A DNA stretch of 64,000 nucleotides from an uncultured Alphaproteobacteria bacterium (lineage in GTDB: Bacteria > Pseudomonadota > Alphaproteobacteria > Rs-D84 > CACZYB01): positions 32,042 to 96,041 of the forward strand of contig CALXYK010000014.1 of the NCBI GenBank assembly GCA_944392955.1, written 5' to 3'. The notes beneath the pieces are model-generated. The model saw nothing but the letters and a program-made list of their open reading frames with translations, was not told where the DNA came from and did not search any database. The position numbers and the translations under genes are program-made. Below are positions 30,584 to 40,369 of the stretch, one piece after another (within the stretch, counting starts at the first letter, position 1; every line of letters starts with the position of its first letter).

Positions 30584-31675
30584 ATGAAAAAAAATAATAG
30601 AATTGTTATAGGGGCTGGCGGAACTGGCGGACATTTGTTTCCTGCTTCGGCTATAAAATACTCTCTTGAAAAACTAGGTTATAAAGTTTTCCTTATTACA
30701 GATAAAAGAGGTAAAAGATTTGCTGATAAATTTGAAAATATATCTGTTATAATAGGTGGTGGCATGAGTGGTGAGAGTTTTTTTTATCGCCTTAGAAGCC
30801 TTATGAAACTATCTATTGGATTTATGCAAACTTTTTTTTATATGCTTAAAATTCGTCCTGTCGCAGTAATAGGTATGGGAGGATATATTTCTGTGCCTGT
30901 TGTGTTATGGGGAAAACTATTTGCAAAAAAAACTTTTATTCATAATGCAGATTCAATATTGGGAAATGCAAATATGTTATTGGCAAAGTTTGCTGATGTA
31001 ACCATGGTTTCTTTTGAAAATACAAAAAAAATACCTGCAAAAGCAAATGTCGTATTTACAGGCTTACCACTTAGAGAAGATGTAAAAAAAATTGCTGATA
31101 CCCCTTATCCATCAATAAAAAAAACGAATCAGATTGTTATTACTATTATGGGGGGCTCACAGGGGGCAGAAATCTTTGGAAATGTTATTTCAAAGGCAAT
31201 TGCAATGTTTGAACCAAATCAAAGACAACATTTTTTCATATATCAACAAGTAGTAGAAAAAGATATGACTAATATAAAAAAGTTTTATGATGAAATTGGT
31301 GTGAAATCTGAAATAAAGCCTTTTTTCAAAAATCCTGCAGAATTACTTGCAAAATGTAATATATTTATTGGTAGATCCGGGGCATCTACCGTACTTGAAG
31401 TAGGAAGTGTTGGAAGACCCGCTATATTTATTCCTATAATGCATAAGGATAGGCAACAATTTATAAATGCTGAACAAATTACATCTGTTGGTGGTGGAGA
31501 AATTTTGCCTCAGCCTCAGTTTTCCGCAAAAAATTTGTATAAAATCTTAAAAAAGTTTGTATCTGATGCGAATTTACTTGAAAATATGGCAAAAAAAGCT
31601 AAAATTTTCTCCGTTAAAAATGATGCTAGCGAAAAAATAGCAATTTTGATTGATAATATACTTAATAAAAAATAA
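30584..31675 (+). CDS. murG: UDP-GlcNAc--lipid I N-acetylglucosamine transferase
   Basis: 363 aa with 'GAGGTGGHLFPA' and 'GRSGASTVLE'. Confidence 0.9.
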   Translation: MKKNNRIVIGAGGTGGHLFPASAIKYSLEKLGYKVFLITDKRGKRFADKFENISVIIGGGMSGESFFYRLRSLMKLSIGFMQTFFYMLKIRPVAVIGMGGYISVPVVLWGKLFAKKTFIHNADSILGNANMLLAKFADVTMVSFENTKKIPAKANVVFTGLPLREDVKKIADTPYPSIKKTNQIVITIMGGSQGAEIFGNVISKAIAMFEPNQRQHFFIYQQVVEKDMTNIKKFYDEIGVKSEIKPFFKNPAELLAKCNIFIGRSGASTVLEVGSVGRPAIFIPIMHKDRQQFINAEQITSVGGGEILPQPQFSAKNLYKILKKFVSDANLLENMAKKAKIFSVKNDASEKIAILIDNILNKK

Positions 31676-31686
31676 GGATTGTTGAA

Positions 31687-33093
31687 TTGCAAGCTGTTGA
31701 TTTAAAAAATTTAAAAAAAGATACTGTATTTCATTTCATTGGTGCAGATGGAATAGGAATGAGTTCTATTGCTGAGGTTTTATTTAAACTAGGTTATGTT
31801 GTGCAAGGATCAAATGATGTAGTCGGTGAAAATATGTTGGAATTACAAAAACTTGGTGCAAAGGTTTTTGTGGGACATAATCCTCAGAATATTCAAAATG
31901 CCGATTATATAGTTTTTTCATCTGCAATTCCTGAGGATAATGTTGAAATTGTAGAAGCAAAAAAAAGAAATATCCCTATTATAGAAAGGGCTAGTATGCT
32001 TCAATCAATACTTGCTCTTAAAAAATCTATTGCTATTACTGGAACTCATGGAAAAACTACTACGACTGCTTTTGTTGGAACTATGCTTGATGTTGCAGGA
32101 TTTGATCCAACTATAATAGATGGTGGAATTATGAATAGATATGGTTCCAATAACAAAGTTGGAAAAGGCGATTATGTAGTGGCAGAAGCATGCGAAGCAT
32201 TTGGAAATATAAAATATTATTCTACTGATATTGCTGTTATTACAAATATTGATCCAGAACACATGGAATTTTATCATTCATTTGAAAACCTTAAAAATTA
32301 TTTTCGTGAATTTATTGACAGGGTTCCATCTGATGGTTTGGTCGTTGCTTGTGCGGAACATCCTGTTGCCGTTGAACTGGCAATGGAGGCAAAAAACTCT
32401 AAAAAAGTATTAACTTATGGTTTTTCGGAAAAGGCTGATATATATGCTTTTGATATAGCGTTTGACACTGATGGTTCCTCTTTCTCTGTTAAATTAAAGG
32501 ACGGGAATGTCATTGAAAACCTTAGGATTCCTTTGTTTGGGAAACATAATGTTTTGAATTCCCTGGTCGCGGTTTCAATCGCCTTTTACCTTGGAATAAA
32601 TGAAAAAGTTATAAGGGAAGCCCTACTTCAATTCACAGGAACAAAACATCGTTTTTCAAAAGTTGGACAGGTAGATGGTATAACGATTTTTGATGATTAT
32701 GCTCATCATCCAAAAGAAATTGCTACTACCTTGGCAATGGCTAGAAATATTGCAAAGGATAAAAAAATATTTGCTATATTTCAACCTCATAGATTTTCAA
32801 GACTTGATGATTTATTTGATGACTTTTTAAAATGTTTTAATGATGCTGATTATGTAATTTGTATGCCTGTATATTCTGCGGGGGAAAAGGCTGGAACCTT
32901 TAAAAATCACAACGATTTTTATGAACAATTACAAAAAGATGGCTTTAAAAATTCCTTTAAAGTCAATGACTTTAACGAAATACCTGAGATTATATTGTCA
33001 AATGCAAAATCGGGTGATATAACTGTTTCACTTGGGGCTGGAAGTATTAAAAATTTAATTTATACTCTTCCTAAACTACTTTTGAAAAAATAA
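31687..33093 (+). CDS. murC: UDP-N-acetylmuramate--L-alanine ligase (TTG start)
   Basis: 468 aa with 'HFIGADGIGMS', 'ITGTHGKTTTT' and 'DDYAHHP'. Confidence 0.9.
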   Translation: MQAVDLKNLKKDTVFHFIGADGIGMSSIAEVLFKLGYVVQGSNDVVGENMLELQKLGAKVFVGHNPQNIQNADYIVFSSAIPEDNVEIVEAKKRNIPIIERASMLQSILALKKSIAITGTHGKTTTTAFVGTMLDVAGFDPTIIDGGIMNRYGSNNKVGKGDYVVAEACEAFGNIKYYSTDIAVITNIDPEHMEFYHSFENLKNYFREFIDRVPSDGLVVACAEHPVAVELAMEAKNSKKVLTYGFSEKADIYAFDIAFDTDGSSFSVKLKDGNVIENLRIPLFGKHNVLNSLVAVSIAFYLGINEKVIREALLQFTGTKHRFSKVGQVDGITIFDDYAHHPKEIATTLAMARNIAKDKKIFAIFQPHRFSRLDDLFDDFLKCFNDADYVICMPVYSAGEKAGTFKNHNDFYEQLQKDGFKNSFKVNDFNEIPEIILSNAKSGDITVSLGAGSIKNLIYTLPKLLLKK

Positions 33094-33108
33094 TATAGAA
33101 AGAAAATT

Positions 33109-34020
33109 ATGAAAAATTTACCAAAGGTAAAAGGGGAATTGTTTGAAAATTACGAACTTGCCACTATGACAAGATTTAAAACTGGTGGAATGGCAGAAGT
33201 TTATTTTTCCCCTTATGATATTGATGATTTATCTCATTTCCTTAAAAAAGCACCAAAGGATATGCCTATACATCTTATTGGTTTTGGTTCTAATATTTTA
33301 ATTCGTGATGGGATTTTAAATGGAATCACAATACGACTTCAAAATAGTAATTTTTCTTTCATAGAAAAAATGGAAAATAATATTCTTAAATGCGGAGCAT
33401 TTACCTCTAATATTGCGATTGCAAAGTTTGCGGCGGAAAATTCTATTCAAGGAATGGAATTTTTATTTGGTATTCCTGGAACTATTGGCGGAGCAATTCA
33501 AACAAATGCTGGATGTTTTGGTCGTGAAATAAAAGATGTTTTTGTTTCCTTGCAAGCAGTTAATATTAAAACAGGGGAAATTAAAAACTTTGACTTGAAA
33601 GAATGTGGCTTTTCTTATAGAAAATCTGAAATTGGAAATGAATGGGTTTTTGTATCTGTTGAAATAAAGGGCGAGCCTGGAAAAAAGGAATCTATCTTGC
33701 AAACTATGCAAAACATTAAAGAAAAAAAAGATAGTGCTCAACCGACCTATACAAAAACTTCGGGATCTACCTTTAAAAATCCTAGTCCTGAAAAACCTGC
33801 TTGGAAATTGATTAAAGAGGCAGGATGTCAAGGTTTAAAATTGGGTGGAGCGATTGTTTCCCCGGTTCATGCAAACTTTATTGTTAACGAAGATAATGCA
33901 ACATCTGCTGATATTGAAGATTTGGCTGAAAAGGTAAGATTAAAGGTTTATGAAAAATTCGGAATTATGTTAGAATATGAAATTAAAATAATAGGAACTA
34001 GAAGAATAGAAAATATATAA
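33109..34020 (+). CDS. murB: UDP-N-acetylenolpyruvoylglucosamine reductase
   Basis: 303 aa with 'TRFKTGGMAEV', 'GFGSNILIRD' and 'SGSTFKNP'. Confidence 0.9.
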   Translation: MKNLPKVKGELFENYELATMTRFKTGGMAEVYFSPYDIDDLSHFLKKAPKDMPIHLIGFGSNILIRDGILNGITIRLQNSNFSFIEKMENNILKCGAFTSNIAIAKFAAENSIQGMEFLFGIPGTIGGAIQTNAGCFGREIKDVFVSLQAVNIKTGEIKNFDLKECGFSYRKSEIGNEWVFVSVEIKGEPGKKESILQTMQNIKEKKDSAQPTYTKTSGSTFKNPSPEKPAWKLIKEAGCQGLKLGGAIVSPVHANFIVNEDNATSADIEDLAEKVRLKVYEKFGIMLEYEIKIIGTRRIENI

Positions 34021-34021
34021 T

Positions 34022-35575
34022 CTATTCTCTTTTTAACATTCCTTTTATTTCTTTGATATCCAAAACACCTATAATAAATAATGTGCCAAAATAAAATAAC
34101 CCACCTGTTGATATTAGCAATATCAAAGATAAAAGTTTAAGATAGAAAGGATAAACACTTATATCTGCCATCAGTCCCATAACACCAAAATAAACTATTA
34201 ACGACATTAATATACTGACTATTGTTATTTTTAAAATATCCTTTAATACTTCTTTATACATAACCATAAACCCTCTTATATAACTGATTAAATATAATAA
34301 GACACAATTTATCCAATTAGATATTGTTATGGAAATGACAACCCCAGTATAGCCTAAAAGTTTATTCAAATATATTGTAAATGCAAGATTCAATAACATA
34401 GAAATACCTGCTATTATCATAGGTGTTTTTGTATCGTTGCGGGCATAAAAAATATTGGAAAATAATTTTATATAAACAAGGGCAGGAAGAGATATACATA
34501 ATATTTGCAGAAGTTGGGAAGTTGCAAAAGTATCACTTGCCTTAAAGGCTCCTCTTTCAAAAAATACTTGGATAATAGGATAACTCATCGCAATTAATCC
34601 AAAAGATGATGGGATTACCAGAAGGCTGGCTAACTTCATTGAATTATTAAATAATAGTTTCGTTTTATTAAAGTTATGTTTTTTTACCTCCTTTGATAAA
34701 CTTGGCAACAAAACGGTAGCAAGGGCAACACCTATTACACCTAATGGAAGTTGATTTAATCTATCCGCATAGTAAATCCAAGAGACTGCACCATTTGTGT
34801 TAGATGCAAATATACTTCCTATCATAACATTTAAATGATATATGCCTGCACCTAAAATTCCAGGGGCAATTTTTTTCAAAAATAAACTAATCTTCGGAGT
34901 AAATTTTAATTTAAAACTTATTATCCCAAAACCATAATTTTTTGCAATCCACCAAAGCCAAACCAATTGTATTATACCTGAAACAAATACACCCCATGCA
35001 ATAGCGTGTGCAGATGTAGGGAAAGCATTACTGAATAAAACAAGTCCAAGTATCATACATAAATTTAAAATTATTGGTGTAAATGCATAAGGTTTAAAAT
35101 TACCCAATGTATTTAATATACTTCCAAAAAACGAAGTAAGTGCAATAAATAATAAAAACGGGAATGTTATTCTGGCAAGAGTAATTGCAAGAGTATATTT
35201 TTCAGCATTTTCTGAAAAACCAGGTGCAAAAATGTCAATCACAAAAGGCATAAATATCTCTGCTATCAATGTAAAAATTAACAAACTATAAAATAGAAAA
35301 GATAATAAATTTTTGCAAAATTGTTGAGCCTTGCTTTTGGAATCTTCGTATAATATTTCTGAAAATATTGGAATAAATGCAGAATTAAAAGCCCCTTCTG
35401 CAAAAATACTTCTAAACAAATTGGGAACCTTAAATGCAACTAAAAAACAATCTGATAATTTGCCAGCACCTAAATAATTGGCTACAAATAAATCCCTGAA
35501 TAAACCACTAATCCTACTTAGGAAAGTTATAATTCCTACTATTATAGTATTTTTAAGCAAACTTTTATTACTCAT
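34022..35575 (-). CDS. murJ: Lipid II flippase MurJ (MviN)
   Basis: 517 aa polytopic protein with 'SRISGLFRD', 'FKVPNLFRSIFAEGAFNSAFIP'. Its stop lies 1 nt from the murB stop (convergent). Confidence 0.9.
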   Translation of the reverse strand: MSNKSLLKNTIIVGIITFLSRISGLFRDLFVANYLGAGKLSDCFLVAFKVPNLFRSIFAEGAFNSAFIPIFSEILYEDSKSKAQQFCKNLLSFLFYSLLIFTLIAEIFMPFVIDIFAPGFSENAEKYTLAITLARITFPFLLFIALTSFFGSILNTLGNFKPYAFTPIILNLCMILGLVLFSNAFPTSAHAIAWGVFVSGIIQLVWLWWIAKNYGFGIISFKLKFTPKISLFLKKIAPGILGAGIYHLNVMIGSIFASNTNGAVSWIYYADRLNQLPLGVIGVALATVLLPSLSKEVKKHNFNKTKLLFNNSMKLASLLVIPSSFGLIAMSYPIIQVFFERGAFKASDTFATSQLLQILCISLPALVYIKLFSNIFYARNDTKTPMIIAGISMLLNLAFTIYLNKLLGYTGVVISITISNWINCVLLYLISYIRGFMVMYKEVLKDILKITIVSILMSLIVYFGVMGLMADISVYPFYLKLLSLILLISTGGLFYFGTLFIIGVLDIKEIKGMLKRE

Positions 35576-35648
35576 AAAAAAAACCTTTATTTATTGCAAT
35601 TTATATTATATCATATCTAAATTATAGGCAATAAAAAAGAAGGGAAAT

Positions 35649-36386
35649 ATGAAAAAACTTTTTATACTTTCAATTTTGGTGTTTTTATCGGCTTGTACCA
35701 CTGAAAATGTGATTGATTATTCCAAAAAACAGGATACTGAAATCTTTGAATTGGCGATGAAACAACTAAATGATGGTAATAATATCTCTGCGGCTAACTC
35801 TTTTATGCAAATAGAATATAATTACCCCTATTCTCCCTTAGTCGCAAAATCATGGTATTTGATGGGGTATGCTTATTACCTTGAAGGAAAGTATGCTGAT
35901 GCAATTGAACAATTTGAACGATTACTTAAATTCCAACCTAATCATCCTCAGGCTCCTTATGCCGCATATATGATTGCAATTTCTTATTATGATCAAATAT
36001 CCCCTATTACAAGAGATCAAAAGATGACAGAAATGGCTTTGATAAAAATGAGTGATGTGGTACAAAAATATCCAGATACTAAATTTGCCGAAGATTTAAA
36101 ACCTAAAATCATAATTGCAAAAAACGATTTGGCAGCAAAGGAAATGTATATTGCTAAAACTCTTATGACAAAACAAAATATTATAGGTGCATTGAACAGA
36201 TATCAAACTGTTATAAGAAAATTTGAAACAACTTTGTTCGTTCCAGAAGCATTATTCAGAACAGTTGAAATTTATAATATTATGGGAGAAAAAGAAGAAG
36301 CTATGAATATGACACGCCTTTTGGAAGTTAACTATCCAGAATCCGAATGGTATAAGTTAGCAAAAGAGGCGTGTTCTTCTGATTAA
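35649..36386 (+). CDS. bamD: Outer membrane protein assembly factor BamD
   Basis: 245 aa. Lipobox 'FLSAC', TPR-like repeats and a YfiO-like pattern. Confidence 0.8.
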   Translation: MKKLFILSILVFLSACTTENVIDYSKKQDTEIFELAMKQLNDGNNISAANSFMQIEYNYPYSPLVAKSWYLMGYAYYLEGKYADAIEQFERLLKFQPNHPQAPYAAYMIAISYYDQISPITRDQKMTEMALIKMSDVVQKYPDTKFAEDLKPKIIIAKNDLAAKEMYIAKTLMTKQNIIGALNRYQTVIRKFETTLFVPEALFRTVEIYNIMGEKEEAMNMTRLLEVNYPESEWYKLAKEACSSD

Positions 36387-36392
36387 AAAGTC

Positions 36393-37166
36393 TTATATAT
36401 TTAAATCAAATAACTGTTTAAAATTATTGCTTGTGATATTTGCAATTTCGGAGAAGTCCATTTCTTTGATTTCTGATAATTGCTTTGCAACCTGAACAAC
36501 AAATGCAGGTTGATTTTCCCTGCCCCTATATGGAACTGGGGCAAGATATGGGCTGTCTGTTTCTACTAATAATCTGTCATTAGGAATAGTTTTAAAAGTT
36601 TCCCGTAAGTCAAAGGCATTTTTAAAAGTAATAATACCAGATGCGGAAATGTAAAATCCCAATTCCAACATTTCACCAGCCATTTTAGAATCACCTGTAA
36701 AACAATGTATAATTGCTTTAAACTTATGTCTTTTCATTTCTGATTTTAATATATCGCACATATCACTATTGGAATCGCGATTGTGAATAATTATAGGAAG
36801 ATCTGTTTTAACCGAAACATTTATATGATTTAAAAAGTTTTCTATTTGTATATCTTTGTTATAACCTTCCTTTGAATAATCAAGCCCTGTTTCACCTATG
36901 GCTATTATTTTTTTATTCTTAGAAATGTATTGTAATAAATCCTCCTGTGAAATAATACCGTTAGTTTCCGCTTCGTCTGGATGTTGACCTATTGCACCAA
37001 AAACATTTTCATATTTGGCAACTATTCCCAAAATATTATCAAATGATGAACGGGAAGAACCTGCATTAAGCATATAATTAACACCTTCGGATTTCGCATT
37101 TTGTATGATTTCTAATTGTTTGTCCGGAGTATAAAAATCAATATGACAATGACTATCTATAAGCAT
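36393..37166 (-). CDS. tatD: TatD family metal-dependent DNase/hydrolase
   Basis: 257 aa with 'IDSHCHIDF', 'GETGLDY' and 'LVETDSPYLAP'. Overlaps the holB stop by 14 nt. Confidence 0.9.
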   Translation of the reverse strand: MLIDSHCHIDFYTPDKQLEIIQNAKSEGVNYMLNAGSSRSSFDNILGIVAKYENVFGAIGQHPDEAETNGIISQEDLLQYISKNKKIIAIGETGLDYSKEGYNKDIQIENFLNHINVSVKTDLPIIIHNRDSNSDMCDILKSEMKRHKFKAIIHCFTGDSKMAGEMLELGFYISASGIITFKNAFDLRETFKTIPNDRLLVETDSPYLAPVPYRGRENQPAFVVQVAKQLSEIKEMDFSEIANITSNNFKQLFDLNI

Positions 37167-38424
37167 TTTTTAGCCTTTCAAATACACTAAATATAACAGC
37201 AGTATAATCTAAGTTTAAAACAGAAACTAATTCAAAAAGGGATAATGCATCTTCTCGGATTTTGAAAATTTTATCTGTATTCAAAATAGCATTGGAACAT
37301 AATTTTATAACATTTTCCTCTTTTGATGAAGTAAAACTTATTTTAATATTAGATTTTTCTTTAATAATATTATCTAAAAACTTTATGTATATTTGCTTGA
37401 ATATATTAAATCGAATATCTGAATTTCCTATTAACGAGATTAAATCTGTTAATTTTTTATTATCTTTTGATAAAACACCTGGAACAATATCATAAAAACT
37501 TTTTAAAATATTGATGCCGTCATTATGATAAAATTCAAGTGCATTTCCTATACTGCCATCGGAAAGGTAGGTTAAGGTTTTGACATCTTCATCTTGTATT
37601 CCGTTGATATAATCCTTTAATAAAATATTCATATTTTCATCATTTAAAGGTTTTAGTTTTAATAAGCGACAACGGGATTTTATCGTATCTATCACATTTT
37701 CATAATTATTACAGATAAGTAAAAGTAATGATTTTGCAGGAGCTTCCTCTAATATTTTCAAAAGAGCATTTGCACTATTTGTATTCAAATCATCAACACT
37801 ATCTATCAATGCGATTCTGTATCCACCTTCTGATGATGTTTTAGAAAAAAATTCCTTTAACTCCCTTATTTGTTTTACTAAAATTTCTGTTCTTAATTTT
37901 GTTTTATTAGTATCAGAATATTCCCGCTCTATAATTTTTAGGTCTGCTATACCACCATAGATAAGCCTTTCACAAATAGGATTAGATGGTGATATTTTCA
38001 AAGGCGAATCGTCAATCGAATCTATTATATCTTTGTTCTGTATACCTAGATTTATACTTTTTGATGATACAGATTGATAATCAAAAGTATCATCAATATC
38101 AAGTTCTTCGGTATCAGATGAATAGTCATCTGAAAAATCTATTTCCTCTTCTTTGACATTAGATGCATCAAGGTTTAAATCTATATTTAAATCCTTTATC
38201 AACGAAGAATTGGAAAGAGAAAATATATAACGAATCACTCTGTATGCAAATGTTGCTTTTCCTATACCTTTTGGTCCTGAAATCAACCAAGCATGATGCA
38301 AATGTCCACTATTAAAATTGTGTAAAAACTCTTCTTCCGCCTCTTTATGCCCAAGCAAGCAAAAAGTATTTTTAGGACTTCTTTCATCCGAAACTTTATC
38401 AAAGGTTGAAGAAAGCGAAACCAT
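37153..38424 (-). CDS. holB: DNA polymerase III delta' subunit (with an acidic insertion)
   Basis: 423 aa with 'HAWLISGPKGIGKATFA', 'IDSVDDLNTNSANALLKILEEAP' and 'TIKSRC'. An acidic insert of about 65 aa follows the P-loop. Confidence 0.85.
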   Translation of the reverse strand: MVSLSSTFDKVSDERSPKNTFCLLGHKEAEEEFLHNFNSGHLHHAWLISGPKGIGKATFAYRVIRYIFSLSNSSLIKDLNIDLNLDASNVKEEEIDFSDDYSSDTEELDIDDTFDYQSVSSKSINLGIQNKDIIDSIDDSPLKISPSNPICERLIYGGIADLKIIEREYSDTNKTKLRTEILVKQIRELKEFFSKTSSEGGYRIALIDSVDDLNTNSANALLKILEEAPAKSLLLLICNNYENVIDTIKSRCRLLKLKPLNDENMNILLKDYINGIQDEDVKTLTYLSDGSIGNALEFYHNDGINILKSFYDIVPGVLSKDNKKLTDLISLIGNSDIRFNIFKQIYIKFLDNIIKEKSNIKISFTSSKEENVIKLCSNAILNTDKIFKIREDALSLFELVSVLNLDYTAVIFSVFERLKNAYR

Positions 38425-39042
38425 TTATATTCCTAATTTTTCATTCAAAATGTTCATTATCCTGTTTGTTATTGTAGGAACGGTGCCAACAGAATTCATT
38501 AACACACATCTTTCTGGAAAAAGTTTTGCTACCTCTCTGAATCCTTGAACTCCTTTTGATAGCCAATCATTACCCATGCTTTCGAATCTATTTATTTCTG
38601 TTAAAATACCATGAGATTTATCCGCTTCTATATCAAAGATTATAGTAAGATTTGGTTCAAAATCACCTATGGCAAATTTGTATAATTTTATCATATTATC
38701 TATCCCAAGGCCATGTGCAAAACCTTGGTATGCATTTGTAGTATCTGCATATCTATCGCATAAAACTATTTTACCTGCCTCTAATGCTGGTTTTATAACT
38801 GAGGATACATGATTTACACGAATCGCAGTAAATAATAATGCCTCGGTCATAGGTTCCATTTTATCAACAGATCCCTTTAAAAGAATATCTCTTACCTTTT
38901 CACCTAAAATTGTGCCACCAGGTTCACGGGTTGCAACGACATCATATCCTTTTTTTCTTAACTCTTCAGCTACTAATTTTAGTTGTGTTGTTTTACCGAC
39001 ACCTTCTCCACCTTCAAAAGTGATAAAATATCCTGGCATCAC
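38425..39042 (-). CDS. tmk: Thymidylate kinase
   Basis: 205 aa with 'ITFEGGEGVGKTTQ' and 'DRYADT'. Confidence 0.95.
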   Translation of the reverse strand: MMPGYFITFEGGEGVGKTTQLKLVAEELRKKGYDVVATREPGGTILGEKVRDILLKGSVDKMEPMTEALLFTAIRVNHVSSVIKPALEAGKIVLCDRYADTTNAYQGFAHGLGIDNMIKLYKFAIGDFEPNLTIIFDIEADKSHGILTEINRFESMGNDWLSKGVQGFREVAKLFPERCVLMNSVGTVPTITNRIMNILNEKLGI

Positions 39043-39053
39043 ATTCTCCTTTC

Positions 39054-40229
39054 TTAACTTACTATGTTTAATATTATCTGTTGTATATTTTTAAATATTC
39101 TTCCGATAAAGTTTGAAGATTTTACATCTTCTAGTGTAATTAACTTAAAATCCTTTTCCTTATTACCATCAACATATAATGTCAAAGTTCCAACCTCGGT
39201 GCCTTTGCTTACCGGTGCAGGAATAGGAGAATTATATGTAGCACGAAGTTCAACATTTGGTGTTTGCCCATTTTTGTTTGTAACTAAGATAGTTTCTGAA
39301 ATACCAACAGGCACCTTTGATTCCTTTCCAAACCATACTGGAATATCTAATACCTTATCCCCTGGTTTATAATATATTAAGTTTGAAAATTCACGGAATC
39401 CCCATTCCAAAAGATATTTAGAATCTGTAAACCTTGTATAACTGGCATTATTTCCCTTTAATCCATTTATAACAGCGATAAGTCTTCGTCCATTCTTTTT
39501 TGCAGAGGAGGCAAGTCCATATCCTCCTTTTGTTGTATGACCAGTTTTAAGTCCATCAGCAGAAGGCATTATCCAAAGTAATTTATTTCTGTTGTCTTTG
39601 TTTCCTGTTAAATCTTTTTTATAAAGAAACTCCTTTTCACCAAAGTAATGATAATACTCTGGAAAATCCTTTATTATATGTCTGGTAAGGGTAGCTAAAT
39701 CCTCTAATGACATAAGATGGTTTCTATCATACCAACCAGAAGCATTTTGAATAGTTGTTTGTTTTAAGCCTAAACGAGAAGCAAGGTCGTTTAACTCCTC
39801 TACGAATCTGTCTTCACTTCCGCTTATGTTTTCTGCAATAACAATTGTTGCATCATTACCACTATTTACTATTACACCTCTGATTAAATCTTCTAATCTT
39901 ACCTTTTCCCCATATTCCAAAAACATTGTGGAGCCTGAATTGGCATTCATTGCCTTTGCCTTTTTCCATGCTTCTGGACCTACTATGAATTCAGAATCTA
40001 ATGTATAAGTACCATCCTTTAATTTTTCAAAGACACGATAAATTGTCATAAGTTTACTCATAGAAGAAGGCGGAACTGCAATATCGGCCTTTTTTTCATA
40101 TAGTATTTTTCCACTATCAAAATCCATAAGTATTGCGTATGGAGACTTTAAGTCCGGAGTTGTTGCAGAAAAAGCACCTAAATTAGTAAAAAATGAAATA
40201 ATAAATACAAAAAATACAAATGTTCTCAA
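39054..40229 (-). CDS. dacA: D-alanyl-D-alanine carboxypeptidase (PBP5/6 family)
   Basis: SxxK 'PSSMSKLMT', SxN 'NSGND' and 'KTGHT'. The track start is ATG 40289, but an in-frame TTG at 40229 is preceded by AAGGAG (7-nt spacing) and begins directly with the signal peptide RTFVFFVFIISFF. Confidence 0.85.
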   Translation of the reverse strand: MRTFVFFVFIISFFTNLGAFSATTPDLKSPYAILMDFDSGKILYEKKADIAVPPSSMSKLMTIYRVFEKLKDGTYTLDSEFIVGPEAWKKAKAMNANSGSTMFLEYGEKVRLEDLIRGVIVNSGNDATIVIAENISGSEDRFVEELNDLASRLGLKQTTIQNASGWYDRNHLMSLEDLATLTRHIIKDFPEYYHYFGEKEFLYKKDLTGNKDNRNKLLWIMPSADGLKTGHTTKGGYGLASSAKKNGRRLIAVINGLKGNNASYTRFTDSKYLLEWGFREFSNLIYYKPGDKVLDIPVWFGKESKVPVGISETILVTNKNGQTPNVELRATYNSPIPAPVSKGTEVGTLTLYVDGNKEKDFKLITLEDVKSSNFIGRIFKNIQQIILNIVS

Positions 40230-40311
40230 TTTTTTCTCCTTTATTTCTTTACAGACTCTATTATTACTAACTTTTTTAAATAATAGCAATCATAAATTTT
40301 AAAATTTAATC

Positions 40312-40339
40312 TTGCTTATGTTTTTTTTTTTGCTAGAAT
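40312..40339 (+). promoter_or_regulatory. Sigma70-type promoter for dnaX with a T11 tract in the spacer
   Basis: TTGCTT (40312-40317), 16-nt spacer containing T11 (40321-40331), TAGAAT (40334-40339). Confidence 0.45.
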
Positions 40340-40369
40340 AAGTCAAAGTAATTATGAAAGTTTTGTTTT

